In this document: piece by piece, positions 24,713 through 35,996 of the stretch
Numbering within the stretch: position 1 is the first letter of the stretch
How the letters are laid out: every line of letters starts with the position of its first letter
IMG/VR virus record: IMGVR_UViG_3300049043_000112
Coordinates: 62,001-126,000 of that record
DNA: 64,000 bases
Reading direction: 5' to 3' (one strand)
The notes under the pieces: generated by a model
What the model saw: the letters and a program-made list of their open reading frames with translations, nothing else
Database searches by the model: none
What the model was told of the DNA's origin: nothing
Made by a program: the position numbers and the translations under genes

Positions 24713-25462
24713 ATGGAAAGAGGCATCATTTACCTTATTCTCAACAAGCAAACAGGTGAAAAATACGTCGGAAACACCACACTTGCGATGAATAAAGAAT
24801 GGGTACACCACATAGACCGTTCTAAAAGAATGTCTGCTGAACCCTTACATAAAGCATTCAGACAGCACGGTGTACATAACTTTATGATTAAAGAGTTAGA
24901 TGAATATGATGATACTTGTTTAAACAATAAACTGAATGAATGGATTAAGAAATATAAACCTGAATACAATCCTATTATTACAAAAGAACCAATACAAGAA
25001 AAGCAGAAAGAACCAGTAATACCTAAACCAAAACCTAAAAGTAAAAGAAATGTATCAACATCTCATCTTACACCTTGGAATAATAGTATACGTGGAGATG
25101 GTAAACACTGTGGTATCAAGATAAGAGGTAAGAACTTAGAAACTGGTTTATGTACTGACTATGAAAGTGCAAGAGTCGCAGCAATAGAAGTGACAGGTGA
25201 TCCGAATACCAATCGTAATATTCTAAATGCTGCCAGAAGTGGTATTATTGCATACGGGCATCGCTGGCAGATATTAGAAGAGAAGCAAAAGAAAAAAGCG
25301 GTATTTGGTGTCAATAAAAAAACGGAGATGATTGGTCCCCGTTATGAAAGTATTAATGCTGCTGTTCGTGCCTTTGAATGTACCGATAAGAACGGAATTC
25401 TCAAGAGTTTGAAGAATCCTGGTAAGTATTCATGGAAAGGACACTGGTGGTTCTTTGGGTGA
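24713..25462 (+). mobile_element. GIY-YIG (Seg-like) endonuclease with NUMOD1-like C-terminal repeats
   Basis: GIIYLILNKQTGEKYVGNT, PLHKAFRQHGVHNF; two YES.RxA/YES.NAA helix-turn-helix-like modules. Confidence 0.8.
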
Positions 25463-28400
25463 TCAGGGTTTCATACCTTTCTTCTCTTGTTCTGCTGTCT
25501 GTCTTAAGTGCATTGTTGTATGAAGACGTTGTAGATTTGCATAACGATTATGCTGTCTTGTTTCAAGAGACTTTGCTCTAATCTTTGCAGAAGCAACCTT
25601 TGATTGCCGTGGTGTAAGGACTTGCTCCATAAACTGTTGAAACGTCTTCATTATCCCTTTGATGTCTTTTATGTATTTATTGAAGGCGGGGCTTAACGTT
25701 ACTTATACCCTTCGGTTCAACCATACCAAAGGTATGTATAAGAACTCACTTTTTGACTTCTTGTGTCTTGTATGGAACTTTACCAGTCTCGGTGTACATT
25801 AGAATATCATACTTGAACTTACATTCAAGAGGGCGTTGGTTACAGAGTTTTAGAGTTTCATTGATTGTTGACTGTCTTGTGATTGGACCAGACAATGAAT
25901 ATCCAATAACGGTTGACAGTAAACAATAAACTGGTATCAGAAGATTGGTACGATTTCTGAACTTAGATAACCTTGTTTCTGTATGTGTTGTTCCCATAAT
26001 GTAGCATCCTCAATGTTAAAGAAAATTGCGGTTTGTTTGGTTTGTTTGTCTTTCTTTTGTCGGTAATACACAACTTGGTATTTCATTGTCATTCCAATGT
26101 CTTACGACCCCTGCGATAATGAATAGATTAGTAAAAAGATAAGTAGCGAATATAAAAGTCCGTATATGAGCAATGTGGTCTGCTTCTCTGTCATTTTTCG
26201 ATGCCTTCTCCCCAAGAGACTTTGCCCATAGTCTCCATACAGTTTTTCTCTTCTTCATAAACAGATTCTCTTGACTTCACATAGGTTAATTCATTCCATT
26301 GCTTATTATAACAGAGAATCAACAATCGGTCATTACGATGTAAATCGCAAGCAGCATAGTTCTCATAAGTCTTTGGACGGACATTGGACTTAATCGTAAT
26401 GTAATCCTCTCCCTTGAAGTATACCCACCCTTCGACCTTATCATTCCAGAGAACATAATCATTGACCTGTGGTTCGTAACTCATACAAATGCAGATTCTA
26501 ATGGAGTTTGTTTTGGAATCATCGCTGAATATGGTGTGGTATTCCTTATGTCCACCGACTGTCCAATACTTTTGGAGTTGATGGGGGAATAGTATTTTCT
26601 GGTTTTGGTGTTGTAGAATCCCCAGATACAACGAACTGCATCACCAAGATTGTAGTCAAACCGACGGTCATAATGAATCCAGATAGCAACAACATTGCGT
26701 TTAAACTCTGTTTGCTCATAATACATTCCCTCTGGTGGTTGATGTGGAAATTCAAGAATCACTGACTGCACGGAGATACTTTGGATTGTATCCTGCAGAA
26801 ACATAATACTGCAGTCGTTCATCACATTGTTCTTTAGTCAGTTGTTTGGCATTCTCTTCAATTAATTCCCAACCATGAGAATACATCTCTTCAATACGAT
26901 AAAGTTGTGTCACGTCGTAAATGCCTCCAACAGTCCAGACTCATAATCATCTTGCAAAGCAAACTTCTGAGAATTCACAACTCTTTCCATAATGCGGTCT
27001 GTGTAACGCTCATCAAATTGCTGCTCATTTGCAAGCAGTTCAAATGCTTCCGTATCAGACTTAGCAATCAGATTAATCAGACCACCATACTCAGAAGAGG
27101 GAAATGGCACCCAGTAATCAACAATGTAAAGATACTTCATTTTCTGTGATAAATTACTCTCTAATTGTAGTGTATTTGTCGTATCCTGTCAAGCAATTCA
27201 ATTGTCGTTCAATCTCAAATTTGATGGGTAGCAAATGTGACGTGAAGAACCCAGCATACTGCCCATCTTGAAGAAGATTGCGAACATTCTCAATCTGTTG
27301 CAATGCTAGAATCAATTTCATTCGATCTGTCATTCAAACAAACTCCTGAATGTAATAGTCCACAGTCACTTCCAGTTCTGCTGCTTTTTGCTCATAAAAG
27401 TTGTCAGTATACTGTTTGGCACAAACCCATGCTTCGTGATTAAACTGCTCAACCTCAAAATGCTGCATAAAATCCTCAAATGCGTTCATAAATTGTGCAA
27501 TGTCTTCGTCGTTCATTTTACGTGTTCTTGGTGATGATAATAGGCATCAAACAACTTTTGGTCGCGTTGTATCAAAAAGGCATTGTATCCAAAGAAAGCA
27601 ATTAGAAAGACAACACCAACAAAAACATACTTCGGTGAAAGGTTCATTCGCATTCAAGATCGTAAAGAATAGCAGCAGACATTTCAGAAAGAATCTTTCG
27701 ATTCAAATCGTGAACATCATAGTTAATTTCTTTTGAAAGTTCGGTCCAGTCAGAATGCTTCATAAGAATGTTGAGCATCGCGCCCAGTTCATCGGTTGTA
27801 AATGCCATCAGCAAGCACCATAGAAAGGATTACCAAGTTGGGGAAGGTTAGAGTTGTCACGGGTCTCAGTATAACCATAAGCAACACGCTCACGGATGTC
27901 CAGCAGCAGTTCCACACGGTTCAGAAACTTCTTGGACACTTGACCCTCAGGAGCAAAGGTTACGGTACGGAGGAACCACTCCTTAGAGATGTCACCGTAG
28001 GGGGTCTTGACAGGATAGAAGTCAACCACCATGTTGCCGTCCTTGCTAGTCAGTTGGGGGGTCTGCATTGGGTCTGTCCCGATTACCTCTGTATTATAGG
28101 TCAGAAGGACGGCACCACGTCGTTGCGGAGGACAGTTCCAGAAGTGTCCATTCGCTCGAAGACGCTGTAAAGTTTGTTATACAGTGCTGGCACACTTCCA
28201 TATTCCCGTGCAATTCTATTCTCCTCACGTAGATTCAGTTCCTGCAGTGCAGATAGAATTACACCAATTTCATGAACATTTAGATTTACTTGTGTTTCAG
28301 TCATTGTTTCAGTCCCAACTAATGTTTTCTAAAAGAACTCCTGGCATAATATAACTCCAACCATTGCCACCAACCTTATACTCCCACTTGTATTCACGTT

Positions 28401-29610
28401 GATTGTAGTTATCCCAAGTCATAAACCCTTTCTTCTTATCAAACCAGGATTTGACCGTCAGTTTCCACTTGTTAGAGAACACATTGCGAGTGCGAAGTGC
28501 TCCACCAGTTTCGCGGGTTTCAATCACCACACACAGATCTTCATAGATGTTGCTATTAGTCTCCAATTGGCAGGGAGTTTCATAACGAAACGGTTTGTAG
28601 ATTTTAGGTGGTTGAATTGCTGGTGTTGCCTGGGCAAACATCAGCGTGGCAAGCAGAGTGTTAATCATTCAAATTCACCAGTACGATTGGTAGGTTGAGA
28701 GTGTTTAAGAGAATAAACTTCGGTGCTTAGAGTTTGAATTGCAGCATAAACATCTGTTTCCAGTTGATTAACTTTGTATTCAAGATTGCCGACTTGACGA
28801 TACAAATTCAAACACATCAGCAAACTACTAGAGACCCCAACAATAATGGACCATCCAATCACTTGCTCAAGTCGTTCTTCACTCAGTTTCATTGTTCTCT
28901 TCAACAACAAGTTCAAGATAATTGTATCCAATTTTAGAACGCCCTTGATGGGTGGAAGTATCAACCTTCACACCCTCATCCATAAGTTTATCCAACCTTC
29001 GATTGGTTGCATCATTCAATTTTGCAGTCCAATAGTGACTCATTTTGTTTTCTCCTGTTTCGATTGTATTATAGCACGGCGAGCGCCATATGCTTCAAAT
29101 TGTGTGGCAAAGGATGCAATGACTTGCCCACTGTCTGCCCAGTGTAGATACCATCGGTTGACAAATTGTTTGATGTAAATGGATTTAGTGGGAGTTGTCA
29201 TAATCATCATCTTCAAAAAAAGACGCTACAAGTGGAACTACGCCAAACACTCCAAAAAGGATTAAAAGTGTAATTAACAATGTCATACAGAAAGATCCAC
29301 ATCAATCTCTTTAACATTCAACCCACAAAGTTGTTCATAAACACGATTGCAGATGAGAGTTGGTGCTTTCTTTGCTTTAGACTTCTCATACCAGATGGTC
29401 ACACAACCATCGTAGGTCTCAACACGAACGCGATAGTTCTTCATGTCAGTTTTCCTCAGGGTAGAGTTTCCAACCATCAGGGCGGATGCCCATCTCTTCA
29501 CAGCGCACCTCATACACAATGCGCTCCAGCAACCGCAGAGGCATTTCCTGCTCAATCGTTTTCTGAATGGTGCGGCGCAGTTGGGCGTCGGTGGTGGTAT
29601 CGGTGACCAT
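25463..29610 (-). other. Run of small hypothetical minus-strand ORFs
   Basis: Tightly packed ORFs (e.g. 25746-25997, 26016-26258, 26191-26452, 26910-27140, 27334-27516, 27808-28068, 28101-28304, 28309-28668) with overlapping stop/start codons. Confidence 0.65.
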
Positions 29611-29635
29611 TGCGGTTCCCTTGATTACCTTGTAA

Positions 29636-30133
29636 TTATACTGCCCTTACCAGGCGGTTCGGGAAGAACTGTGCCACTTGATGATCCGTCCACCCGTTCT
29701 TCTCAAACAGGTACTCCAGATATAGCGTTTCTTCTTGCTCCCGTGCCTCTATTTCGTGTGGTTGATGCCAATAGTCGTAAAGTTCAACTGCTATTTTACC
29801 ATAATGCATTTTTCCGCGTTTCATCCGCAGTGAACCACGTACCCATTGCCGCAGGTGGACCAGTTCGTGTAAAAGGGTTTTTATATACAACTCCTCCTCC
29901 ATATGAGTATCCAATTCAATCAGAAACTCACGGGGACGATAAGATTCACCCACGTAGTCGCAGTAACCAAAGACTTCTTCACGTTTCAGACCACGATGGA
30001 GAATCTCCACATCAATCTTATGACGTGGTAGAAAACGATTTAGAAACCAAGTGGCAACGTCCTCACAGAGGCGTTTAGAATAACCGTATCCAGAAGTTTG
30101 AATGTAAGACATTGCCCCCAGTGTAGAAACCAA
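29636..30133 (-). CDS. SprT-like zinc metallopeptidase
   Basis: TLLHELVHLRQW (HExxH) plus a downstream QPHEIEA motif. Confidence 0.75.
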   Translation of the reverse strand: MVSTLGAMSYIQTSGYGYSKRLCEDVATWFLNRFLPRHKIDVEILHRGLKREEVFGYCDYVGESYRPREFLIELDTHMEEELYIKTLLHELVHLRQWVRGSLRMKRGKMHYGKIAVELYDYWHQPHEIEAREQEETLYLEYLFEKNGWTDHQVAQFFPNRLVRAV

Positions 30134-30689
30134 ATAAAACTTGAAACAAAGAGAAGTTTATGAGTCGTGGTCATCGGGTGTTTCAATTAACTTTCCAATG
30201 ATTACTGCGACAGGAATAGAAAGTAAAATCCACAGAAGTATCCAAGTCATCGTGCGATAATGTCCAGAGACTCCAGCAGCATCATAGCAAGTTCCACCTG
30301 GTTGTCTTCATCAACAACAGGAATGTTGGACTGCACAAACTCACTTGCAAGTTCGTGAAGCAAATCAGTCATTCGCTGGTCAGCATAAGCAAACATAGCA
30401 AACTCAGACTTGAACCCGTTGCTCAGCAGGCGGAGGGACTTGGTGACGGTCAGGTCGTGAACGGTGTTGTCCATTGGTGTCTTTGGTTGATGAATGTATT
30501 ATAGGGCATCCAGAGGGGTCTGGTGTGCCCTATGTGACAGTTGTTGAACTGGTTCAGCGAGTGTAAGAATAACCAGATTTTAAGGATTTATGAATTTCAG
30601 ACATAGTTTCTTCACTACTCTTTAGTCTGGGATTACAAATAGGTGGTGGAGGTGGATTATAGAGTTTAATCGTTAATGATAAACGAAGA

Positions 30690-31148
30690 TCATTTCGCAT
30701 ACAGATATCCTCCCGCCCAATCAGCATTCTCAAGCAACCATTCACGCTGCTCAATGATGCGGAGATCGTAGCGAACACCCTTAGCAGGTGCTTTCCAACT
30801 GGCGCTTTTGTAAACTTGACCAGTCTTCTTATCCACAAAAGCGTGGACAGAACGGGAACCATTTGCAACCATAATAATTTTGTGATACTTACGACCCGTT
30901 TCAGGGTAGAACTCATAATCACAAACACCATTCTTCAGGTCTTGAATACATGCGAGATGATAGGTCTCTTCGCAATCAGTGATAATATCTTCCAGACTTT
31001 TCAAAGAACGCTGGTGCGACTTGATGCTGTAATCAATGTAATTCTGACGCAGTGCCTCACACAGAGCATAGGTGTGACCCAGAACTGCCTCTGCGATGTT
31101 CTTCCGTGCCTCTGCAGTGGCGGCGTAGTCAGCGAAGGTGGTGGTCAT
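30690..31148 (-). CDS. Conserved T4-like phage hypothetical protein
   Basis: GRKYHKII..SVHAFVDKKTGQVYKSASWKAPAKGVRYDL; early promoter and palindrome at 31170/31205. Confidence 0.75.
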   Translation of the reverse strand: MTTTFADYAATAEARKNIAEAVLGHTYALCEALRQNYIDYSIKSHQRSLKSLEDIITDCEETYHLACIQDLKNGVCDYEFYPETGRKYHKIIMVANGSRSVHAFVDKKTGQVYKSASWKAPAKGVRYDLRIIEQREWLLENADWAGGYLYAK

Positions 31149-31223
31149 TGCTTGGTTGCGTATGAACGTATTATAGGAGCATACAGGGGCATTTCAGGAA
31201 GCCCTGTGCCACCCGTTAAACTG

Positions 31224-31625
31224 TCACATAAACGCTTCCACGCCAACAGGATTGCCGAAACTATAGTCATATTCAAGGGCGTTGGCACAGACAAAATGTG
31301 GATGTTTTACGTCAACACCAAGACGTTCACACAATTCCTTATGATTATCCTCCATAAGTTCCACAGCGTACAGCATATTATCCAAAATATGTTCGGAAGA
31401 GTGATATTCCTTGAGTTTTTCGTACAGTGCAACCATAAAGTTGCCAGAACCAGCAGAATTATCAAGAAATGTGCTTTTAGGATTTTTCAGCACATCTTCT
31501 GGAATTTCAGATACCATCTTGGCGCAAAGTTCTGCAGGAGTGAATACTTCACCAGTTGCATCAATCCTGTCATCAGAGCGTTCAATCTCCGACCCGACCA
31601 TTTCATTATGCTTATTCTTGGACAT
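31224..31625 (-). CDS. Short N6-adenine methyltransferase subunit (SAM-binding motifs only)
   Basis: TGEVFTPAELC (motif X), FLDNSAGSGNF (motif I), YAVELMEDN (motif II), VCANAL (motif III); no NPPY. Confidence 0.8.
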   Translation of the reverse strand: MSKNKHNEMVGSEIERSDDRIDATGEVFTPAELCAKMVSEIPEDVLKNPKSTFLDNSAGSGNFMVALYEKLKEYHSSEHILDNMLYAVELMEDNHKELCERLGVDVKHPHFVCANALEYDYSFGNPVGVEAFM

Positions 31626-31627
31626 AC

Positions 31628-32623
31628 TTAGGATACCTCATTAAAAGGCGATGGAATTTTTTTGAACAGATCTTTAGTAGGATGAAAAGAAGTCATATTC
31701 ATCTTAACAAGTTCCTTAACCTTATCAGACATAAGGTAATCTCTAAGAATGACTGCATCCTCGATTGTATCCGTTTTTAGGAACACAACACTGAAAGTAA
31801 CAGATGCTTCATAAGGTTTGATCATAATTTTACCCAGTCCACCCCACTCTGCTGCCATATTCATAATGACACCGTGCTGATTGCGACCAGTTTCTTCTAA
31901 ACCAGGTTCAATATACCTAATTTTTGGAGTCTCTTCTGTCCCAAGAATTTCAACAATCGGAACACCACCAGGATGATCTTTGATTGCATTCCGATACAGA
32001 TTTCCGTTAAAATACCTGTGTGCCATATTGTTAGAAACTTGATCAATAAAGTTAGGATTGTCCAACTTGATCAAGTCTTTCTCTGTCAGATTTTTTTCAA
32101 TAACTGTACCGTCCTTATAAGTAACCTTGCAAGGTCCTTTGTGATTTTTATCCCAGGTTACAACACAAGTTTGAGTATTCTGAACAGTCGGAAACGTTTC
32201 TGGCGGAAGGTATTGAATAGAAACCAAATTCCCAGAACTGAACAGTTTTTTTCTAAAATTAGAGGAAGATTTCATAAAGTGTTTTGCCCTAATAATTAGA
32301 GAAACTCTGTCAGCAATTTCTGTGCTTTTCGTAAAGAAATCAGAATCCAAATTATTAGAACAACCACCCGTATTAGCACCACTAACTTTAGAGCGATCGG
32401 AATATGGAGGGTTACCGATTACAACATTAAACCTCATACCTTTATCCGCAAGTTCTAAAAATTCCTGAAAATCTACAACTACATTTATTTTATCATTTAT
32501 CTGATTGATTGTATAGATGTGCCTAGGATCATTCTCCCAAACCCAAATATTCTCTGGTGAATATTTTTTAAGGGCAACCATCGAATGAGTACCCTTAGGG
32601 TCTCCAATAATCAGGAGGTTCAT
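31628..32623 (-). CDS. Eco57I-like N6-adenine methyltransferase catalytic/target-recognition subunit
   Basis: FNVVIGNPPY (motif IV), ETFPTVQ..TCVVTW; only a degenerate motif I (LLIIGDPKG). Confidence 0.8.
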   Translation of the reverse strand: MNLLIIGDPKGTHSMVALKKYSPENIWVWENDPRHIYTINQINDKINVVVDFQEFLELADKGMRFNVVIGNPPYSDRSKVSGANTGGCSNNLDSDFFTKSTEIADRVSLIIRAKHFMKSSSNFRKKLFSSGNLVSIQYLPPETFPTVQNTQTCVVTWDKNHKGPCKVTYKDGTVIEKNLTEKDLIKLDNPNFIDQVSNNMAHRYFNGNLYRNAIKDHPGGVPIVEILGTEETPKIRYIEPGLEETGRNQHGVIMNMAAEWGGLGKIMIKPYEASVTFSVVFLKTDTIEDAVILRDYLMSDKVKELVKMNMTSFHPTKDLFKKIPSPFNEVS

Positions 32624-34740
32624 ACGTTCAACATTTCTTCAAACAAGTCTACTGGAATACCCTGCTGAGTCTGCGCCGACTCGGACAGTTTATCAAGTGT
32701 CACAACCTTGTTGTTCTGCATAGAATGTTGTACGTCAACATATGCTTTACTGATTCGGGTACTCAACGATTTACGATTGATAACTCCATACTCCAATGCC
32801 ATCTGCAGGATGTTTTCATCGTCAAGAGTTACTGGTTGATAATGAGCAGACTCAAGAACAGAGTCGATGTTGTTCATAACTTCACCAGAATTGATGGCGT
32901 GAAAAAGAACAAGAGGAATTCTCTCCAAAATTGCTTGAATGGTTTCAATCTTTTGGTAGATTTCATCTTTGACAGACTTTTGCAGTTCGTTTACCCGTTT
33001 CTTGTTACTTTTACCGTTAGCATTATTATCATTCAGTTGAACAGATTTTGCAACGTTAGAGTTGACTGCTGCAAGACTTAAGTTGAAGTCAAGTTCACGA
33101 AGTTTGCTGTAGTCAAGAGAAGTAGCAAGACTAGACACAAGACGAATAGCATTACCAACATCTGCTGCCAGAATTTCATTCACTTTCTCAGCAGAAAGAG
33201 TTTCAAATCCCTGATTCCATTCACTGATGGCAACATAATCCGTGAAATCATATTCCGCAACTTCAGGAGAAGTGTCACAAGCAGCAACAAATGTCTGCCG
33301 AAGTGATTCCAAACAACGTTGCGGGCAGAAGTCAATTACAGTCCAGTCTTTATCAGAAGAACCACCACGGAAAGCAAATTGTGTCCAGAATTCGATACTA
33401 CTGCCCTCTGCACAGTTGATAATCGTATCAACTTCAGAAGCAGTTACACCAAGAACATTAGCGGTACGTGTCAGAATGCAAGAACCGTTAGGATTTTGTG
33501 CGATATGGAGGTTGATATCCTCAGCATCTTTACCAGTGTCTCCAGTAACAACAAGAGGAGCAAACCTTGTACCTTCCATATACTTGCTAATAGCATGGCA
33601 AGCAGCAACAGAGGGCAACGTCATATAAAGATGAGTTGAATCCTTCAGCAGACGATGTTGAGGGCGAAGAGTACGTTGAGTTTCGAAATGATTGGTAACA
33701 AAATCTTGAACCAAAGAAGGTTCTACAAAATTACCTTCATCATCAACTCGGAACAGATTCTTCATAGCATCAGGGTCATCTCCAAAGAGTTCTTGATACT
33801 GTGCAGAAGCATATTTTGCAAGAACAACCTTCATAGAGGGGCGGTTAATCAGACCACGCTTCTTGTCGAGTTGTTCCTCATAGTAAGAGTAAATGTAACG
33901 GTTGGAATTGTTAAAATCCCAAACCATTTTATATGCAGTTCCAGTTACATACAGAACCTTACAATCATAAGAATTTTGAAGTTCAGTCCACTGCTTTGAA
34001 CCATATCCAATATGTGCCTCATCATAAACAATCAGGTCAATATTGCAAGGAAGGTTTGTAAGTTTACGACTCTGAATACAACCCCAGAGAACCAGTTGTT
34101 TATCAGTCTTCAGATACTTCTCAATCTCCTGCTCATAACCTTTCTTATTCAGGTCAATGTAGACCAGATTCTCAAAGTTCTTAAAATTAGAATCTTCACG
34201 CCAAGATTGTTCTGGCGACTTGTATCGGGAGACCACAAGTGTTACCTTGACACCACTTTCTACAATGGCACTCAGCACCATCATAGATTTACCAGCACGA
34301 CACTTTGCAAACAGCAGAAACTCTTTCCACTCTTCCCAGTTTGAAAGAACTTTAGTTACAAATTCTTGCTGGTGCTTATAGAGTTCCCGAGTCTCTGCAA
34401 CTTTATTGACAGATTGGGCACCTTGATACTGCTCCAGTTCATAAGCAGCATCTTCCACAGTGATAAAGAACCACTCACGGTCCTTATCATCACGAGTTTT
34501 ATTATACCCTTGCTTCAGAAGATGCTTGTGAAACTCCTTATCACCAAATGTAGTTTCATACACACCCTTAGTAATAAGTTGCTGAGGGTTAGAAGTTGTA
34601 TCTTGCTGATTGATACGGTCTTCTGCTTCTTCTTGTTGCGTGTCTCCAATCTTCAGCATCGGCACACGACCAAGTTCAACCTGATCCTCGTAGTGTGCTT
34701 TAGTTGAATAAAAATAGATTTTCTTTTGAAGAGTAATCAT
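32620..34740 (-). CDS. T5orf172/GIY-YIG-like nuclease fused to an SF2 helicase (restriction-subunit-like)
   Basis: N-terminal MLKIGDT..EDRINQQ..DKEFHKHL..REWF; FAKCRAGKS (Walker A), VYDEAH (Walker B), VTGTA, QFAFRGGS. Confidence 0.75.
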   Translation of the reverse strand: MITLQKKIYFYSTKAHYEDQVELGRVPMLKIGDTQQEEAEDRINQQDTTSNPQQLITKGVYETTFGDKEFHKHLLKQGYNKTRDDKDREWFFITVEDAAYELEQYQGAQSVNKVAETRELYKHQQEFVTKVLSNWEEWKEFLLFAKCRAGKSMMVLSAIVESGVKVTLVVSRYKSPEQSWREDSNFKNFENLVYIDLNKKGYEQEIEKYLKTDKQLVLWGCIQSRKLTNLPCNIDLIVYDEAHIGYGSKQWTELQNSYDCKVLYVTGTAYKMVWDFNNSNRYIYSYYEEQLDKKRGLINRPSMKVVLAKYASAQYQELFGDDPDAMKNLFRVDDEGNFVEPSLVQDFVTNHFETQRTLRPQHRLLKDSTHLYMTLPSVAACHAISKYMEGTRFAPLVVTGDTGKDAEDINLHIAQNPNGSCILTRTANVLGVTASEVDTIINCAEGSSIEFWTQFAFRGGSSDKDWTVIDFCPQRCLESLRQTFVAACDTSPEVAEYDFTDYVAISEWNQGFETLSAEKVNEILAADVGNAIRLVSSLATSLDYSKLRELDFNLSLAAVNSNVAKSVQLNDNNANGKSNKKRVNELQKSVKDEIYQKIETIQAILERIPLVLFHAINSGEVMNNIDSVLESAHYQPVTLDDENILQMALEYGVINRKSLSTRISKAYVDVQHSMQNNKVVTLDKLSESAQTQQGIPVDLFEEMLNV

Positions 34741-35022
34741 GATTCAGTAAACAAATTCAGAAGCAAAATCAATAGTGTCGTCGGATTCAAGGTAACCCAT
34801 CCAATCTTGTGGATTGGTCTCATAGATTGCAATTTCCCGCAGTTCATCAATCAGTTCAGACAGATCCATAAGAAACCCTCAGTTACTTGTTTATTATAGC
34901 AGAAAACCCGCCTTAAGGGCGGGTCGTGTGCCAGTTCTCAGACTGCCAGTGCTCCAGAAGGAATCTCTACACCTTCAAGGTAAGATTCGTGCCAGTCACA
35001 AGTATCGTAGCACAACCAACCT

Positions 35023-35352
35023 TCAGATTCGGGTGTAGATGTATGCAAACTCTTCAGCATCTTGAGTCAGATACTCGTGCAGGTTAGCATTGTGGCGAGG
35101 AGGGCAATCTTCACCACGTTGAGAATAGTATTGGGGACCATATTCTTCTGCTTTGGTTTCACTATTCCAACGCTCATTAGTCCAGCAGGAAGACATATCA
35201 CCACCATCAATAAGTTCAGCAACTTGTTGACGAGTATTGTAGTGATTCTTCAGGATGCGACCCAACCATTCAGGATAAGAGTCCCAATGATGATACACAG
35301 AAAGAACACTGCCGTTTTTGAGTTCAATGCCAATGCGAGCGCGGGTTGCCAT
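35023..35352 (-). CDS. Conserved phage early hypothetical protein
   Basis: MATRARIGIEL..SVYHHWDSYPEWLG.IL..HY..LIDGGDMSSC; own promoter and palindrome at 35378/35413. Confidence 0.7.
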   Translation of the reverse strand: MATRARIGIELKNGSVLSVYHHWDSYPEWLGRILKNHYNTRQQVAELIDGGDMSSCWTNERWNSETKAEEYGPQYYSQRGEDCPPRHNANLHEYLTQDAEEFAYIYTRI

Positions 35353-35375
35353 GGGGGCGTCCGTTGATTACCTTG

Positions 35376-35942
35376 TTAGTATAATGCCTCTTCCAGCGGA
35401 TTCTGGGTGCCTTGTGCCACCTCTTCAACTGGCACATACAAGGTTCCATACTTGCCAAAAGCAGTCTTGAATTGCTGCAGATTTTTTCCAAGATAAACCA
35501 CGGCAGACTGGAAGGGTGCAGCACCTTTCCCATCACCAAACTTCAATCGACGATTAACTGCAATCCAAGGATATTTGGCAATAGACTTCCACCACTGTGT
35601 AGAAACATCTAGTTTAATCAACAGAACCATCTCTTTAGCGTTTCCACACTCATATTGTGAAGCAGCATATGGAATCCAACGCTTACTGTCACTGTAAGGG
35701 TGATTCATAAAAACGCTTTCTGCAGTCCAAGGATGCGACAACCCATTGGTCTTTTCAGTGTAAACCTTTTTTGCAGGAACATTTGGTGATTGTTCATCAT
35801 TAGAACAAGGGTCGAGTTCTAATTCTCCACCAAAGAAATCTAGTACATCTGCAACAAATTCTGGTGGCGTATTCCAACAATCTGTACGATTACCAGTTGT
35901 TGCAGTAAGTGCCTTAAGAGCAGTTGATACCACAAATTGCAT
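35376..35942 (-). CDS. dam: Phage Dam-family DNA N6-adenine methyltransferase
   Basis: DCWNTPPEF, ELDPCS, VFMNHPYS, RRLKFG..APFQSAVVY. Confidence 0.8.
   Translation of the reverse strand: MQFVVSTALKALTATTGNRTDCWNTPPEFVADVLDFFGGELELDPCSNDEQSPNVPAKKVYTEKTNGLSHPWTAESVFMNHPYSDSKRWIPYAASQYECGNAKEMVLLIKLDVSTQWWKSIAKYPWIAVNRRLKFGDGKGAAPFQSAVVYLGKNLQQFKTAFGKYGTLYVPVEEVAQGTQNPLEEALY
35413..35436 (-). promoter_or_regulatory. Early palindromic element (perfect copy, inside the dam 3' end)
   Basis: TGTGCCA-CCTCTTCAAC-TGGCACA, 30 nt from TATACT (35378-35383). Confidence 0.8.
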
Positions 35943-35955
35943 TCAGTTAGAGTCC

Positions 35956-35995
35956 AATATAACATAAAAAAAGAGGGTTGTCAACCCTCTAAAAA
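35956..35995 (-). terminator. Intrinsic terminator of cp12 overlapping a TTGACA-17-TATATT promoter for dam
   Basis: AGAGGGTTGACAACCCTCT hairpin followed by a T7 tract on the minus strand; the -35 lies within the hairpin. Confidence 0.7.
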
Positions 35996-35996
35996 T

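Noticed and set aside
35690-35712. NHPY instead of NPPY in the Dam-type methylase as a novel catalytic motif
   Set aside because: It is a single base from NPPY (CAC vs CCC) in an error-prone sequence and cannot be supported without reads or homologs.
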